Shown piece by piece: positions 1 to 10,403 of a DNA stretch of 64,000 nt. The notes beneath the pieces are model-generated. The model searched no databases. It saw only the letters and a list, made by a program, of their open reading frames with translations, and had not been told where the DNA came from. The position numbers were made by a program, and so were the translations under genes. This DNA comes from Candidatus Omnitrophota bacterium (GTDB lineage: Bacteria > Omnitrophota > Gorgyraeia > Zapsychrales > Zapsychraceae), in the NCBI GenBank assembly GCA_029261055.1, contig JAJDCA010000044.1, forward strand, positions 13,867 to 77,866, in the 5' to 3' direction. Position 1 is the first letter of the stretch. Each line of letters begins with the position of its first letter.

Positions 1-7
1 GTCATTC

Positions 8-310
8 GTGTATTCGCAATGGCAGAAAGTTTTTGAAGGATGGCAAGAGCAAGAGCGTGCCAGGAGGTTTCAAATTCGTAATGAAGAGGAGGCTATTACG
101 TTACGCATAACTCGTCTCAAATCTCTTCAGAATCAAGCACAAAAAATGAAAAAGTCATATTTATCGCGGCTTCCTATTAAACCTGATAATTCATGGATTG
201 AAAAAAAGCATGGGTTACCAGATGTAATGTATCCTAAGAAATTAAGAAATTTACAAAAAAAGAATGAAAAAGTGATTATGGGTCTTTTTATGAAGGGTGA
301 CTTGTTATGA
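8..310 (+). CDS. Hypothetical protein, possibly the 3' part of a gene that starts upstream of the window
   Basis: ORF in track. Charged, coiled-coil-like sequence with no recognisable motifs. Overlaps the next gene by 4 bp (ATGA), suggesting co-transcription. Confidence 0.3.
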   Translation: MYSQWQKVFEGWQEQERARRFQIRNEEEAITLRITRLKSLQNQAQKMKKSYLSRLPIKPDNSWIEKKHGLPDVMYPKKLRNLQKKNEKVIMGLFMKGDLL

Positions 311-2277
311 AATGTATGTCAAATTTTTCTCCTAAGCAAAAAAAATGGATGTATGGTCTTTTGATTTTTTTACTTCTTTTTTCTCTAGTCCCCATATTAT
401 CGCCGTTTCCTCATGTTTTTGAATACAGCTCCGATGAAGGAACGAATCTTATGAAAGCTGTTCTTTTAGGGCAAGGGGTGCCTCTTTATGAAGATATTAT
501 TAGTGATCAGCCGCCACTGTTTACGGTCATGCTTTCTTTTTGGATAAAAGTATTCAGTCATTCTGTATTTCATGCACGTGTTCTTATTTTAATATTTTCC
601 ATGTTGCTAATTGTAGTTCTTTATCGCCTTGTGAAATATGACTGGGGAAAGCTGGGCGCTTTGAGTGCCTGTGTATTTCTTGTCTTATCAGCCTATTATC
701 TCAGACTTAGTGTATCGATTTTGATTGGATTGCCGGCATTGGCATTAGCGATGCTTTCTCTTTATTTCGTTTTCCTTTACCGTCGCCATTTATCATTATG
801 GATGGTGATACTTTCAGGGATATTATTTGCGATTTCAACACAAACAAAATTTTTTACGATGTTTTTATTACCACTCATTTTGATTAAGCTTTCTAAAAAA
901 CGATTACCTTTAATTACATGGTTTGGGAGTTTTTCAGTTGTGTACGGGTTTATTATGCTTGTGTTCTTTAAGGGGAATTTGAGCGCGATTTCAGAACAGC
1001 TTTTTCAGCCGCACCTGCAAGAATTTAATTTGTCGTGTAATAATTTTGCTGTTATGTGGCAGATGCTTATGACAGATTTTGATATCGCTTTGCTTGCCGT
1101 GGTGGGAATTATTTGTATCATTGCACATAAAAAATGGTCAGCACTGTTTCCTGTAGGTTGGATTATCATTAGTACAATTATTTTATGGAATCATCGTCCG
1201 GTATGGCGTCATCATTATTTATTGATTTCTATCCCGCTTTGCTGGTTGGCCGGAATTGGATTTGCAGGTTTTATGCAGAATAGAAAAAAGGTGTTGCCGG
1301 TGTTTCGATGGTTAATGATTGTCGTGATAGCCATAGTGGTTTTGAGAATGCCTGCAAAATATTTACGCATGAAAAGGAGTGTTGATGTCCCATTAAATTC
1401 TGGAAAGGAAGAAATGCTTAAAGTTATCCAAACATATCAGCCACATGTGAATTGGATGACTACGGACAATTCTATCTTTGCCTTTTACGCGGACATAGGC
1501 ATACCGCCGGAATTGGCTCTTGTCACACGAAAACGAAATTTTCTTAGCGAAACTCAGCAAGAATATTTTATTCAGCAATTAAAGAAATACAAGCCCGAAT
1601 TGATTGTGTGGTCAGATGCACAGCGGAATTGGTCTTTAGGTCCCAAAGGGCTGGCATTCATAGAAGAGAATTACACAAAAATCACCCAACAAACAATTCA
1701 TGAAAAGTGGGTGGATAAAAATTTTGTATTAGTAGATAGCCCGTTGTCCATTTCGAACATAAAAACATATGGTCGAAAAATGTGGTTTCACTTACGCCGA
1801 AAGGAGAATAATAAAAAGTTAGGATATCACGACTTTTTTATCAAAAATATCGATCACTTGAGTGATTTGTATGCACAAGGATTGAAAACAGGAGATGTTC
1901 CTAAAGCGGGTGTTGTGTCCCTGCCGATTAATGTGAATTTATTCGGAGGTGTATCCTTACTTCCGGCTGATAAAGCCAAAACCGTGTGGGCGCGTAGTTT
2001 TACGAATGCCACAGACCGTAAATTATGTGTAGAGATATTTATTAATGTTTTTAATGATTGGATCCAATTAAAAAATGATAAAAGAAGACTTGTCATAAGA
2101 TCCAAAACTGATGCTTTTCATGCTGTCATAAATCAATTGGAATCATTAAAACAACATGTGGTTAATGAGCGTCAAAAGTACACATGGGATTATTTTTTTG
2201 GGACAACAGATAGTGTTCTTGATCTGACAGATAATTATGAAATAATTCTTTATGTCCGTAAGGGGCATAGGCTCTGA
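307..2277 (+). CDS. Integral-membrane glycosyltransferase, GT-C fold (ArnT/PMT-like, GT39/GT83-type), with C-terminal soluble domain
   Basis: 656 aa. The N-terminal ~350 aa carry many predicted TM helices (LLIFLLLFSLVPILSP, VLILIFSMLLIVVLY and others) typical of dolichyl/undecaprenyl-phosphate sugar transferases, followed by a hydrophilic C-terminal domain. Family assignment is from architecture only. Confidence 0.5.
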   Translation: MKCMSNFSPKQKKWMYGLLIFLLLFSLVPILSPFPHVFEYSSDEGTNLMKAVLLGQGVPLYEDIISDQPPLFTVMLSFWIKVFSHSVFHARVLILIFSMLLIVVLYRLVKYDWGKLGALSACVFLVLSAYYLRLSVSILIGLPALALAMLSLYFVFLYRRHLSLWMVILSGILFAISTQTKFFTMFLLPLILIKLSKKRLPLITWFGSFSVVYGFIMLVFFKGNLSAISEQLFQPHLQEFNLSCNNFAVMWQMLMTDFDIALLAVVGIICIIAHKKWSALFPVGWIIISTIILWNHRPVWRHHYLLISIPLCWLAGIGFAGFMQNRKKVLPVFRWLMIVVIAIVVLRMPAKYLRMKRSVDVPLNSGKEEMLKVIQTYQPHVNWMTTDNSIFAFYADIGIPPELALVTRKRNFLSETQQEYFIQQLKKYKPELIVWSDAQRNWSLGPKGLAFIEENYTKITQQTIHEKWVDKNFVLVDSPLSISNIKTYGRKMWFHLRRKENNKKLGYHDFFIKNIDHLSDLYAQGLKTGDVPKAGVVSLPINVNLFGGVSLLPADKAKTVWARSFTNATDRKLCVEIFINVFNDWIQLKNDKRRLVIRSKTDAFHAVINQLESLKQHVVNERQKYTWDYFFGTTDSVLDLTDNYEIILYVRKGHRL

Positions 2278-2354
2278 CATTTACTTTGCCAATACGAGAA
2301 CTTTATTAAAACTCAATATGGACAGCATTCTCTTCCTATGATAGAATTCGCCTT

Positions 2355-3572
2355 ATGTCATCAGAAATGAAATACATTACCATTGTTCCCGACGGTATGG
2401 CGGATGAGCCTTTAGATGAGTTGGGTGGGAAGACTCCGTTGGAAGCAGCGCGTACGCCGAATATGGATTATTTGGCCCAGCATGGATGTACGGGTACAGT
2501 ACAAACGATTCCGCATAAAATGGATCCAGGCTCAGACATCGGGAATATGGCCCTCTTGGGATATGATCCGAAGGCGTGTCATACAGGTCGAGCGCCATTG
2601 GAAGCGGCCAATCTTGGAGTTAATTTAAACGATGATGAAGTAGCTGTTCGTTGTAATTTTATTACAGTGCAAGATGGTGCCATGTCGGATTACAGTGCCG
2701 GGCACATTGCAACGAAAGAGGCAACGCTTTTGATTGATGCCTTAAATGGCTCAATTAATCTAGATGGTGTTAAATTCTTTACCGGTAAAAGTTATCGGCA
2801 TTTGCTTGTTTTAAAAGTGCGGAATCCTCAAGAATATCTTCGAATTAAAACTGTGCCGCCACATGATATTTTGGGTAAATCCATTGAACAGTATCTTCCG
2901 AAAGGTCCAGAAGCTGAGATGCTGTTAAAACTGATGGAAAAGTCCAAAGAAATATTAAAGAGTCACGAAGTCAACAGAGTTAGAATTGATTTGCAAGAAA
3001 ATCCAGCCAATATGATTTGGTTATGGGGGCAAGGGGTTAAACCTAATTTGCCGTCGTTTAATGATAAATTTGGCGTAAAAGGTGGCATTATTTCAGCTGT
3101 GGATTTGGTGAATGGGATTGGGCGATTGGCTGGTTTAGAGGTTATTGATGTTCCAGATATTACAGGATATTATGATACTAATTATTACGGGAAAGCTCAG
3201 TACGCCCTGAAATCTTTACAGACTAAGGATTTTGTGTATGTCCATATCGAGGCGCCGGATGAAGCAGGACATAATGGTGATGTCAAAGCCAAGATTGAAG
3301 CTATTGAAAGAATTGATAAAGACATTATAGGGACTGTGATTAATCATTTTAACGCACATGATGATGTGCGTATTCTTGTATCCCCGGATCATCCAACACC
3401 GATTGCTTTGCGCACACATACATCAGATCCGGTCGGATTTATCGCTTTTGGTAAAGGCATCACACAAGATGATTCATTAGAATACAATGAAAGGTCAGCA
3501 GAAGAAAAAAATCTAAAATTTAAAAGTGGAGAAGCTCTTATTGATTGGTTTATGAGGAAAAATTTAAAATGA
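2355..3572 (+). CDS. apgM: 2,3-bisphosphoglycerate-independent phosphoglycerate mutase, archaeal type (alkaline-phosphatase superfamily)
   Basis: 405 aa. N-terminus MKYITIVPDGMADEPLDELGGKTPLEAARTPNMD and the internal HIEAPDEAGH metal-binding motif are characteristic of the ApgM family. Confidence 0.8.
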   Translation: MSSEMKYITIVPDGMADEPLDELGGKTPLEAARTPNMDYLAQHGCTGTVQTIPHKMDPGSDIGNMALLGYDPKACHTGRAPLEAANLGVNLNDDEVAVRCNFITVQDGAMSDYSAGHIATKEATLLIDALNGSINLDGVKFFTGKSYRHLLVLKVRNPQEYLRIKTVPPHDILGKSIEQYLPKGPEAEMLLKLMEKSKEILKSHEVNRVRIDLQENPANMIWLWGQGVKPNLPSFNDKFGVKGGIISAVDLVNGIGRLAGLEVIDVPDITGYYDTNYYGKAQYALKSLQTKDFVYVHIEAPDEAGHNGDVKAKIEAIERIDKDIIGTVINHFNAHDDVRILVSPDHPTPIALRTHTSDPVGFIAFGKGITQDDSLEYNERSAEEKNLKFKSGEALIDWFMRKNLK

Positions 3573-4789
3573 AAAAGAAAATTATTGTACAAAAATTTGG
3601 AGGTTCTTCGGTTGCCAATGTTGACCGCATAAAAGCTGTAGCCAAGAGGATTGTAGAAAGAAAAACAGCACGTAATCATATCGTGGTGGTTGTCTCTGCC
3701 TTAGGGGATACGACGGATGAGTTGGAAAAACTCGCCTTTCAAATTACCAAAACACCGCCTGAACGGGAAATGGATATGTTGATGTCGACAGGTGAACAAA
3801 TTTCGTGTTCACTTTTGGCCATGGCAATTAAAAAATTAGGAAAAGCCGCCATTTCATTTACCGGTAAACAAGTCGGTATTAAAACCGATAAATCCCATAC
3901 CAAGGCACGCATTGAGACCATTAACGGAAAATGTATTCGTAAGGCTTTTGATGAAAATAAAATCGTTATTGTCGCCGGATATCAAGGCGTGACCGATGAT
4001 AATGATATTACAACCCTTGGTCGAGGGGGGTCAGATTTGACGGCTGTCGCTTTGGCACAAGCCCTTAATGCAGATGTGTGTGAAATTTACACGGACGTCA
4101 AAGGGATTTACACCACAGATCCGCGTATTGTTAAAGAAGCAAAGAAAATTAAAACGATTACGTTTGATGAAATGTTAGAAATGGCCTCGTTAGGTGCACA
4201 AATAATGCAGGCTCGATCAATTGAAGTGGCCAAACGATTTAATATTCCTATTCATGTACGCTCAAGTTTTTCTAAGGAGGAAGGAACCATGATTGTGAAG
4301 CAAAGTCAAAAATTAGAAGAAATTTCTATTCAGGGCGTCACCAGCAGTAAGTCCGATGCCAAAATTACCATATGTGCGGTGCCAAATCAAACAGGTATTG
4401 CCGCGAAAATTTTTAGCGAAATCTCCAAAGCAGATGTCAATGTTGATATTATTGTCCAAAACGTAAGCCATACAAAACATACGGATATTTCATTTACAGT
4501 TCCAAAATCTGATTTTACTAAAGCCATGAAGGCCGCTAATATTATTGCAAAAAGAATTAAGGCGGGTAATGTTACGCAAGATAAAGATATTGCGCGGGTA
4601 TCCATTGTTGGCTCAGGGATGCGTTCACACCATGGCATTGCCGCTAAAATGTTTGAGGCCTTGGCTAAAAATAAAGTCAATATTGACATGATTTCAACAT
4701 CAGAAATCAGTATTTCGTGTATCATTAATTCAAAACAGGCCGACAAAGCAGTGAAAGCCTTGCATACAGCATTTCAATTAGGGAAATAA
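3569..4789 (+). CDS. lysC: Aspartate kinase (monofunctional, with C-terminal ACT domains)
   Basis: Start MKKKIIVQKFGGSSV is the classic aspartokinase N-terminus (KFGGTS(V/L) motif). ATGA overlap with the apgM stop. I moved the start from the track ORF 3545 to the ATG at 3569. Confidence 0.85.
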   Translation: MKKKIIVQKFGGSSVANVDRIKAVAKRIVERKTARNHIVVVVSALGDTTDELEKLAFQITKTPPEREMDMLMSTGEQISCSLLAMAIKKLGKAAISFTGKQVGIKTDKSHTKARIETINGKCIRKAFDENKIVIVAGYQGVTDDNDITTLGRGGSDLTAVALAQALNADVCEIYTDVKGIYTTDPRIVKEAKKIKTITFDEMLEMASLGAQIMQARSIEVAKRFNIPIHVRSSFSKEEGTMIVKQSQKLEEISIQGVTSSKSDAKITICAVPNQTGIAAKIFSEISKADVNVDIIVQNVSHTKHTDISFTVPKSDFTKAMKAANIIAKRIKAGNVTQDKDIARVSIVGSGMRSHHGIAAKMFEALAKNKVNIDMISTSEISISCIINSKQADKAVKALHTAFQLGK

Positions 4790-4839
4790 CCATACACGAA
4801 CCAGTGGTTCGTGTGAGGTTTAAAAAAGGATTTAACATT

Positions 4840-6411
4840 ATGTCACGCATAACAATCTACGACACAACATTACGTGATGGCTCGCAGAGTGAAGGGGTTT
4901 CGTTTACAGTTAATGATAAAGTTAATATCACAGATAAATTAGATCAACTCGGCGTCCATTACATTGAAGGGGGATGGCCGGGATCCAACCCTAAAGATAA
5001 AGAATATTTTAAATTATTTCAAAATCGCCCATTAAAAAATGCTAAGGTTTCGGCTTTTGGTTCAACACGGCGGGCGAAAATTAAATGTTCGGAAGATCTT
5101 AATTTGCGTGAATTGATTAAATCTCAGACCCCTACGATTACCATTTTTGGAAAAACCTGGGATTTGCACGTAAAAGATGTGTTAAAAACGTCCTTGGATG
5201 AAAATTTGAAAATGATCCATGATTCCGTCAAATATCTCAAACAAAAAAAACGTGAGGTGTTTTATGATGCCGAACATTTTTTTGATGGATACAAAAATAA
5301 TCCTGAATATGCCTTAAAAACTCTTTTGGCAGCCCAAGAAGGTGGAGCCGATTGTATTATTTTTTGTGATACCAATGGGGGAACATTACCGGAAGAAGTT
5401 GAAAAAATTATTTTGGAATTGAAGAAAAATTTTTCAATTGATTTAGGTATTCATACGCATAATGACTTAGGTTTAGCTGTGGCCAATAGTATTGTGGCCA
5501 TTAATGCGGGATGTGTGCATGTGCAAGGAACCTTTAATGGTCTAGGTGAGCGTTGTGGTAATGCAGATTTAGCGGCGATCATCGGTATTTTGCATACCAA
5601 GATGGAAACAAAATCAATCCCGGAAAAAAATGTAAAGAAGTTAAAAGAGACGGCGCATTATTTAAGTGAAATGAGCAATGTACGATTGCCGGATAATGTT
5701 GCCTTTGTTGGGCATTCTGCTTTTGCGCATAAGGGTGGGGTGCATATTGATGCAATGTTAAAAAATCCTTTGGCCTATGAGCATATCAAACCTGAAATTG
5801 TCGGCAATCATAGCCGTTTTATTACATCGGAATTAGCCGGAAAAATGCCTATTGTACTTAAAGCGCAAAAGATGGATGTAGCGCTTGATAAAAAATCGCC
5901 GGAAGCTAAGAAAATCATGAAAGTGTTGCAAAAAAAGGAACATGAGGGCTACCAATTTGAGGCGGCCGATGCTTCGTTTGAATTATTTATGAAGCGTTCC
6001 CTAAAAAAGTACAAGCCGTTTTTTAAGCTTGAGAGTTTTCGGACAGCTTCAGAAAAGCGTTTTGATGGACGGGTGTTTGCGGAAGCTTCAATTCGGGTTA
6101 ACGTTAATGGGGAAAGCAAATTTAGCGCTGCTGATGGGCATGGTCCTGTGGATGCTTTGGATCAAGCTTTACGCAATGCTTTAAAAAGGTTTTATCCAAA
6201 ACTTGAAGAAATGCATTTAAGCGATTACAAAGTTCGCGTGTTAGACACCAAAGGCGGAACCGCCGCCAAAGTACGTGTTTTTATCGAATCCCAAGATACC
6301 TCCGATACATGGACAACCGTAGGGGTTCACGAAAACATCATCGAAGCCAGTTGGGAGGCCTTGATTGATAGTATTGAGTACAAATTGTTGAAGGATAAAA
6401 CAAGGTTATGA
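4840..6411 (+). CDS. cimA: LeuA/CimA-family alpha-keto acid + acetyl-CoA synthase (citramalate synthase / 2-isopropylmalate synthase type 2)
   Basis: MSRITIYDTTLRDGSQSEGVSF is the HMGL-like / LeuA_rel N-terminus. ~523 aa with a C-terminal LeuA-dimer-like region. I chose the internal ATG at 4840 rather than 4804 so the protein begins at the conserved motif. Confidence 0.7.
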   Translation: MSRITIYDTTLRDGSQSEGVSFTVNDKVNITDKLDQLGVHYIEGGWPGSNPKDKEYFKLFQNRPLKNAKVSAFGSTRRAKIKCSEDLNLRELIKSQTPTITIFGKTWDLHVKDVLKTSLDENLKMIHDSVKYLKQKKREVFYDAEHFFDGYKNNPEYALKTLLAAQEGGADCIIFCDTNGGTLPEEVEKIILELKKNFSIDLGIHTHNDLGLAVANSIVAINAGCVHVQGTFNGLGERCGNADLAAIIGILHTKMETKSIPEKNVKKLKETAHYLSEMSNVRLPDNVAFVGHSAFAHKGGVHIDAMLKNPLAYEHIKPEIVGNHSRFITSELAGKMPIVLKAQKMDVALDKKSPEAKKIMKVLQKKEHEGYQFEAADASFELFMKRSLKKYKPFFKLESFRTASEKRFDGRVFAEASIRVNVNGESKFSAADGHGPVDALDQALRNALKRFYPKLEEMHLSDYKVRVLDTKGGTAAKVRVFIESQDTSDTWTTVGVHENIIEASWEALIDSIEYKLLKDKTRL

Positions 6412-7013
6412 AAATAAATGTTAAAACATATTATTTTAACATAGCACTTATCATCTGTGGATTAGCTGTTTTCTTTAATGGATGTATTTCAGTAAGGCAT
6501 GCAAAATTTCCGGAAAGCCATAAATTAGTAGGGGAGACATTACAAGGTAATAGTACTTGTATTAATTTAAGTGGTAGATACCAAAATAAAAATTATTTTT
6601 TTAAGGGGATGCATTATCATGCAGATGAAGCTTATCAAGCTATTTATTCGCTGAGTTATTTTATTTTTCCAGGAAGTCACGCATCTAATGAGGGAGAAAT
6701 TGAGATATCAATGGTGAATAATAATGAGTTTAAAATAGCATTATCGTTGAATAATGAAATTATTGAGTCTGTCAATTACTCTTACGAAGATGGAGATTTT
6801 AAATGTTCAGATAATAAAATTATATTTGATGAATCTAGGCCTCCTCACCCCAGAGATTTGGGTATTGCCTATTCAAAAAGAAAATTAGAGTTTAGCAAAA
6901 CAGTTAATTCAGATTTGGCGTTGAGGCATGCATTCAAAATTACAGGGCTGCTTGGGTTAATTCCAGCCCATTTTAATCAATCAGAGGTTTTAGTGTTTAA
7001 GAAACTTGAATAA
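6408..7013 (+). CDS. Hypothetical lipoprotein
   Basis: Signal peptide plus a lipobox-like FFNGC motif near the N-terminus. No recognisable catalytic motifs. Confidence 0.45.
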   Translation: MKINVKTYYFNIALIICGLAVFFNGCISVRHAKFPESHKLVGETLQGNSTCINLSGRYQNKNYFFKGMHYHADEAYQAIYSLSYFIFPGSHASNEGEIEISMVNNNEFKIALSLNNEIIESVNYSYEDGDFKCSDNKIIFDESRPPHPRDLGIAYSKRKLEFSKTVNSDLALRHAFKITGLLGLIPAHFNQSEVLVFKKLE

Positions 7014-7073
7014 GAAATAAATGGAAAATAATTTCTTAATTGTAATGAGTGCAAATTAGTAGAAAATAAAATT

Positions 7074-7376
7074 GTGAAGACAGATGCGCATAATAGCCTT
7101 GATAAGTTAAAAAATTTTCTTTTGGATGAATGTAAAGACATTCAAGTCAAAATAATTTTGTTTGGGTCGCGGGCAAGAGGTGATTATCATACGACTTCTG
7201 ATATCGATATTGGATTTATGCCTCGTCAAGGGTTTGATTCAAAAAAAATTATGTTAATCAAGGAAAAAGTAGAGGATTTAAATATTCCCTACGAAATTGA
7301 TTTTCTTAATTTTAATGAAGTCGATAAATCCCTTCAAAAAGAACTTCTTAAGGATGCAATCATATGGAAAGATTAA
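7074..7376 (+). CDS. Minimal nucleotidyltransferase (Pol-beta superfamily, MNT-like)
   Basis: GSRARGDYHTTSDIDIG matches the GS-x9-13-DxD nucleotidyltransferase motif. 100 aa. No HEPN partner is recognisable next to it. Confidence 0.6.
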   Translation: MKTDAHNSLDKLKNFLLDECKDIQVKIILFGSRARGDYHTTSDIDIGFMPRQGFDSKKIMLIKEKVEDLNIPYEIDFLNFNEVDKSLQKELLKDAIIWKD

Positions 7377-7405
7377 AATTAAAATTTAATATTTGAAAGA
7401 AAAGT

Positions 7406-10075
7406 ATGACAGAATTACCAAAGTGTTTTAATTTTAAAGAAGTTGATGCAAAATGGTCCACGTATTGGGAAGAAAAGAATTGTTTTCACGCCGAAGCTAA
7501 TCCTGAAAAACCTGCGTACACGGTTGTAATCCCTCCACCGAATGTAACTGGAATTTTGCACATGGGGCATGCGCTTAATAATACTTTGCAAGATATTATT
7601 ATTCGCTACAAACGTATGCAAGGATGTGAAGCCTTATGGATGCCAGGGACAGATCATGCCGGTATTGCGACGCAGAATGTTGTGGAGAAGCAGTTAGCCA
7701 AAGAAGGGAAGAAGCGTCAAGACATTGGACGTGAAGCTTTTCTGAAGCGTTTGTGGGATTGGAAAAAAAAGTATGGCGGTACAATTTTTCATCAGCTCAA
7801 GAAATTAGGCGCTTCCTGTGATTGGCCGCGAACACGGTTTACCATGGACGATGGATACAGTGAAGCGGTTAAACATGTTTTTGTTAAGCTCTATAAAAAA
7901 GGGCTGGTTTATCGTGGAGAATACATCATTAATTGGTGCCCACGTTGCCAAACAGCGCTTTCTGATGAAGAGGCAGAACATCAGGATATGCAGGGGCATT
8001 TGTACCATATTCGGTACCCCTTTAAAGAAAATCCAGGACAATACCTTATTGTGGCCACAACTCGACCGGAAACGATGTTGGGTGACACCGCAGTTGCCGT
8101 TAATCCTAAAGATGAACGATACAGTCCATTCATCGGTCAGAAGATTGTCTTACCGTTAATTAATCGTGAAATACCTATTATTGCTGATGATTTTGTCGAT
8201 CCAGAATTCGGAACTGGAGCTGTTAAAGTAACACCGGCGCATGATCCGAATGACTTTGGTATGGGGCAACGGCACAAATTGCCCATGATTAATGTCATGC
8301 ATCCGGATGCGCGGATGAATGAAGAAGCTGGGGATTTCCAGGATATGGATCGTTTTGAAGCGAGAGAAGCGATTACTGAATCCTTACGTGAATTAAAACT
8401 TCTCGAGAAAGTTGAACCGCACAATCACGCGGTGGGCCATTGTTACCGTTGTCATACGGTTGTAGAACCTTATTTATCTAAACAATGGTTTGTTAAAATG
8501 GAACCTTTGGCCAAGCCGGCGGTTGAAGCCGTGAAAACTGGAAAGATCAAATTTCATCCTGAACGATGGACCAAGGTGTATTTAAACTGGATGGAAAATA
8601 TTCGTGATTGGTGTATTTCTCGACAGATTTGGTGGGGACATCAGATTCCGGTATGGTATTGTGTGGGCGATGACAAATGTAAATTAGAATGTCGTGAACC
8701 TATTGTAGCTGAAACAGCCCCGGAAAAATGTCCACATTGCGGTTCAACAAATCTTAGACAGGATGAAGATGTGTTGGATACCTGGTTTTCCTCTTGGTTG
8801 TGGCCGTTTGCCACGCTTGGATGGCCTATTAAGAGAAGCAAGAATCAAGAGGCAAGAAGCAAAGAAGAAGCAGATTTGAAATATTTTTATCCAACAGCGT
8901 CTTTATTCACAGCTCCAGAGATTATCTTCTTTTGGGTGGCGCGTATGGTTATGGCTGGGTATGAGTTCATGGGAGAAGCCCCTTTTTCCGATGTCTATCT
9001 GCACGGAACCGTACGTGATGCGCAAGGGCGTAAGATGTCGAAATCATTAGGCAATGCCCTGGATCCTTTAGAAATTATTGAAGAATACGGGGCCGACGCC
9101 TTACGTTTTAGTTTGATTATGAATTCCGGACAAGACCTATTTATTTCGAAAGATAAGTTTGAAATCGGTCGTAATTTTGCCAATAAAATTTGGAATGCCA
9201 CGCGGTTGATTTTGATGAATACAGATTTAGCGAACCTAAAAGAATTAGACGATGTAAGTCAGCTTGATTTACCATCACGTTGGATCGTATCACGGTTTTA
9301 CACGACTTTAGATAATGTGAGTTCTGCCATTGAAAAATACCGTTATTCTGAGGCGGAAAGCCTGATTTATGATTTCTTTTGGAAGCAGTTCTGCGATTGG
9401 TATTTGGAAATTATTAAAGACCGTTGGGCTGAACCAAGTACACAACAAGTCACTTTAATGATCCTCAATGAATCACTCAAAATGATGCATCCCTTTATGC
9501 CGTTTGTCACCGAAGAAATTTGGCAAAATATTCATCCGGAGAGTGATGCTTTGTGTCAGCAACCTTGGCCGACAATCAAAAAAGACCACAGCGACACCAC
9601 GGTTGAGAATACAATGCAAACTCTTCTTGAAGTGATCAGTGCTATCCGCAATTTACGTGCACAATGGAATATCGCCCCCAAAGAAACAATTTCCTGTCAT
9701 TTTACATCCACTAATCCAGAAGATTTAAAACTCTTAGAAGCAAACAGCCCGATTTTAAAGTCTTTAGCTAAATTAGAGGAAGTCGTGATTGACCCACAAT
9801 TACCCACGATCCCAAATGCGGCTTCTGTGATTGTAGGCAACATTAAAGGCATCATTGCTTTAGGGGATATTATTGATATTGACGAAGAGAAGAAGCGGAT
9901 TGCCCAACAAATCAATGAACAGCAAAAAGCTTTTAACAGTTTATCCAAACGTCTACAAAATGCAAACTTTCTACAAAAAGCCCCAGCGGATGTTGTCGAA
10001 AAAGAAAAAGAACGCTTAGCCACATTTGAAATAAAGTTACAAAAATTAGAACAGGTTCTAGCAGAGCTTAATTGA
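7406..10075 (+). CDS. valS: Valine--tRNA ligase
   Basis: 889 aa. HIGH motif (PPPNVTGILHMGHA), KMSKS motif (GRKMSKSLGN), and the C-terminal coiled-coil typical of ValRS. Confidence 0.95.
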   Translation: MTELPKCFNFKEVDAKWSTYWEEKNCFHAEANPEKPAYTVVIPPPNVTGILHMGHALNNTLQDIIIRYKRMQGCEALWMPGTDHAGIATQNVVEKQLAKEGKKRQDIGREAFLKRLWDWKKKYGGTIFHQLKKLGASCDWPRTRFTMDDGYSEAVKHVFVKLYKKGLVYRGEYIINWCPRCQTALSDEEAEHQDMQGHLYHIRYPFKENPGQYLIVATTRPETMLGDTAVAVNPKDERYSPFIGQKIVLPLINREIPIIADDFVDPEFGTGAVKVTPAHDPNDFGMGQRHKLPMINVMHPDARMNEEAGDFQDMDRFEAREAITESLRELKLLEKVEPHNHAVGHCYRCHTVVEPYLSKQWFVKMEPLAKPAVEAVKTGKIKFHPERWTKVYLNWMENIRDWCISRQIWWGHQIPVWYCVGDDKCKLECREPIVAETAPEKCPHCGSTNLRQDEDVLDTWFSSWLWPFATLGWPIKRSKNQEARSKEEADLKYFYPTASLFTAPEIIFFWVARMVMAGYEFMGEAPFSDVYLHGTVRDAQGRKMSKSLGNALDPLEIIEEYGADALRFSLIMNSGQDLFISKDKFEIGRNFANKIWNATRLILMNTDLANLKELDDVSQLDLPSRWIVSRFYTTLDNVSSAIEKYRYSEAESLIYDFFWKQFCDWYLEIIKDRWAEPSTQQVTLMILNESLKMMHPFMPFVTEEIWQNIHPESDALCQQPWPTIKKDHSDTTVENTMQTLLEVISAIRNLRAQWNIAPKETISCHFTSTNPEDLKLLEANSPILKSLAKLEEVVIDPQLPTIPNAASVIVGNIKGIIALGDIIDIDEEKKRIAQQINEQQKAFNSLSKRLQNANFLQKAPADVVEKEKERLATFEIKLQKLEQVLAELN

Positions 10076-10088
10076 GGAAGGGTAAATT

Positions 10089-10391
10089 ATGCCTAAATTG
10101 TACGAGTATTTTGGATTGATAATATTATTTTATTCAAATGAACATGAACCAATACATGTGCACTGTAAACATCAAGATAAAGAAAGCAAAGCGGAAATAA
10201 TTTTTGAAAATGGCAAGTTTACGAAAATCACTGTGCAAAAGGTAAAAGGTAAAGATCCTTTAAATGTAGCTGACTTAAGAAAATTTAGGAAATTAGTTGA
10301 AATTTATAGAGATGATATTGTACGAAAATGGGTCGATTTCTTTGTTTATAATAAAGAAATATCTTGTGAAAAAATTACGCAAAAATTGTAA
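10089..10391 (+). CDS. DUF4160-family small protein
   Basis: 100 aa. YFGLIILFYSNEHEPIHVHCKH resembles the DUF4160 N-terminal signature. Paired with a DUF2442-like gene downstream. Confidence 0.45.
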   Translation: MPKLYEYFGLIILFYSNEHEPIHVHCKHQDKESKAEIIFENGKFTKITVQKVKGKDPLNVADLRKFRKLVEIYRDDIVRKWVDFFVYNKEISCEKITQKL

Positions 10392-10403
10392 AGAGAGTGA
10401 AAA

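Noticed and set aside
1393-2105. Minus-strand ORFs 1393-1578 and 1854-2105, and the many other 60-130 aa antisense or alternative-frame ORFs in the track (for example 2377-2598, 3389-3679, 4387-4746, 7415-8424, 9697-10023, 13139-13429, 15014-15417, 28598-29098, 31881-32267, 38589-38903, 50177-50678, 58087-58989, 59273-60034, 62070-63236)
   Set aside because: Each lies entirely inside a long, motif-supported gene on the other strand or frame. They have no motifs of their own and have a composition typical of spurious ORFs in AT-rich DNA.
4804-4839. Track ORF start at 4804 for the CimA/LeuA-family gene
   Set aside because: The conserved family N-terminus (IYDTTLRDGSQ) begins 3 residues after the internal Met at 4840. 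The upstream extension MVRVRFKKGFNI is atypical for the family.
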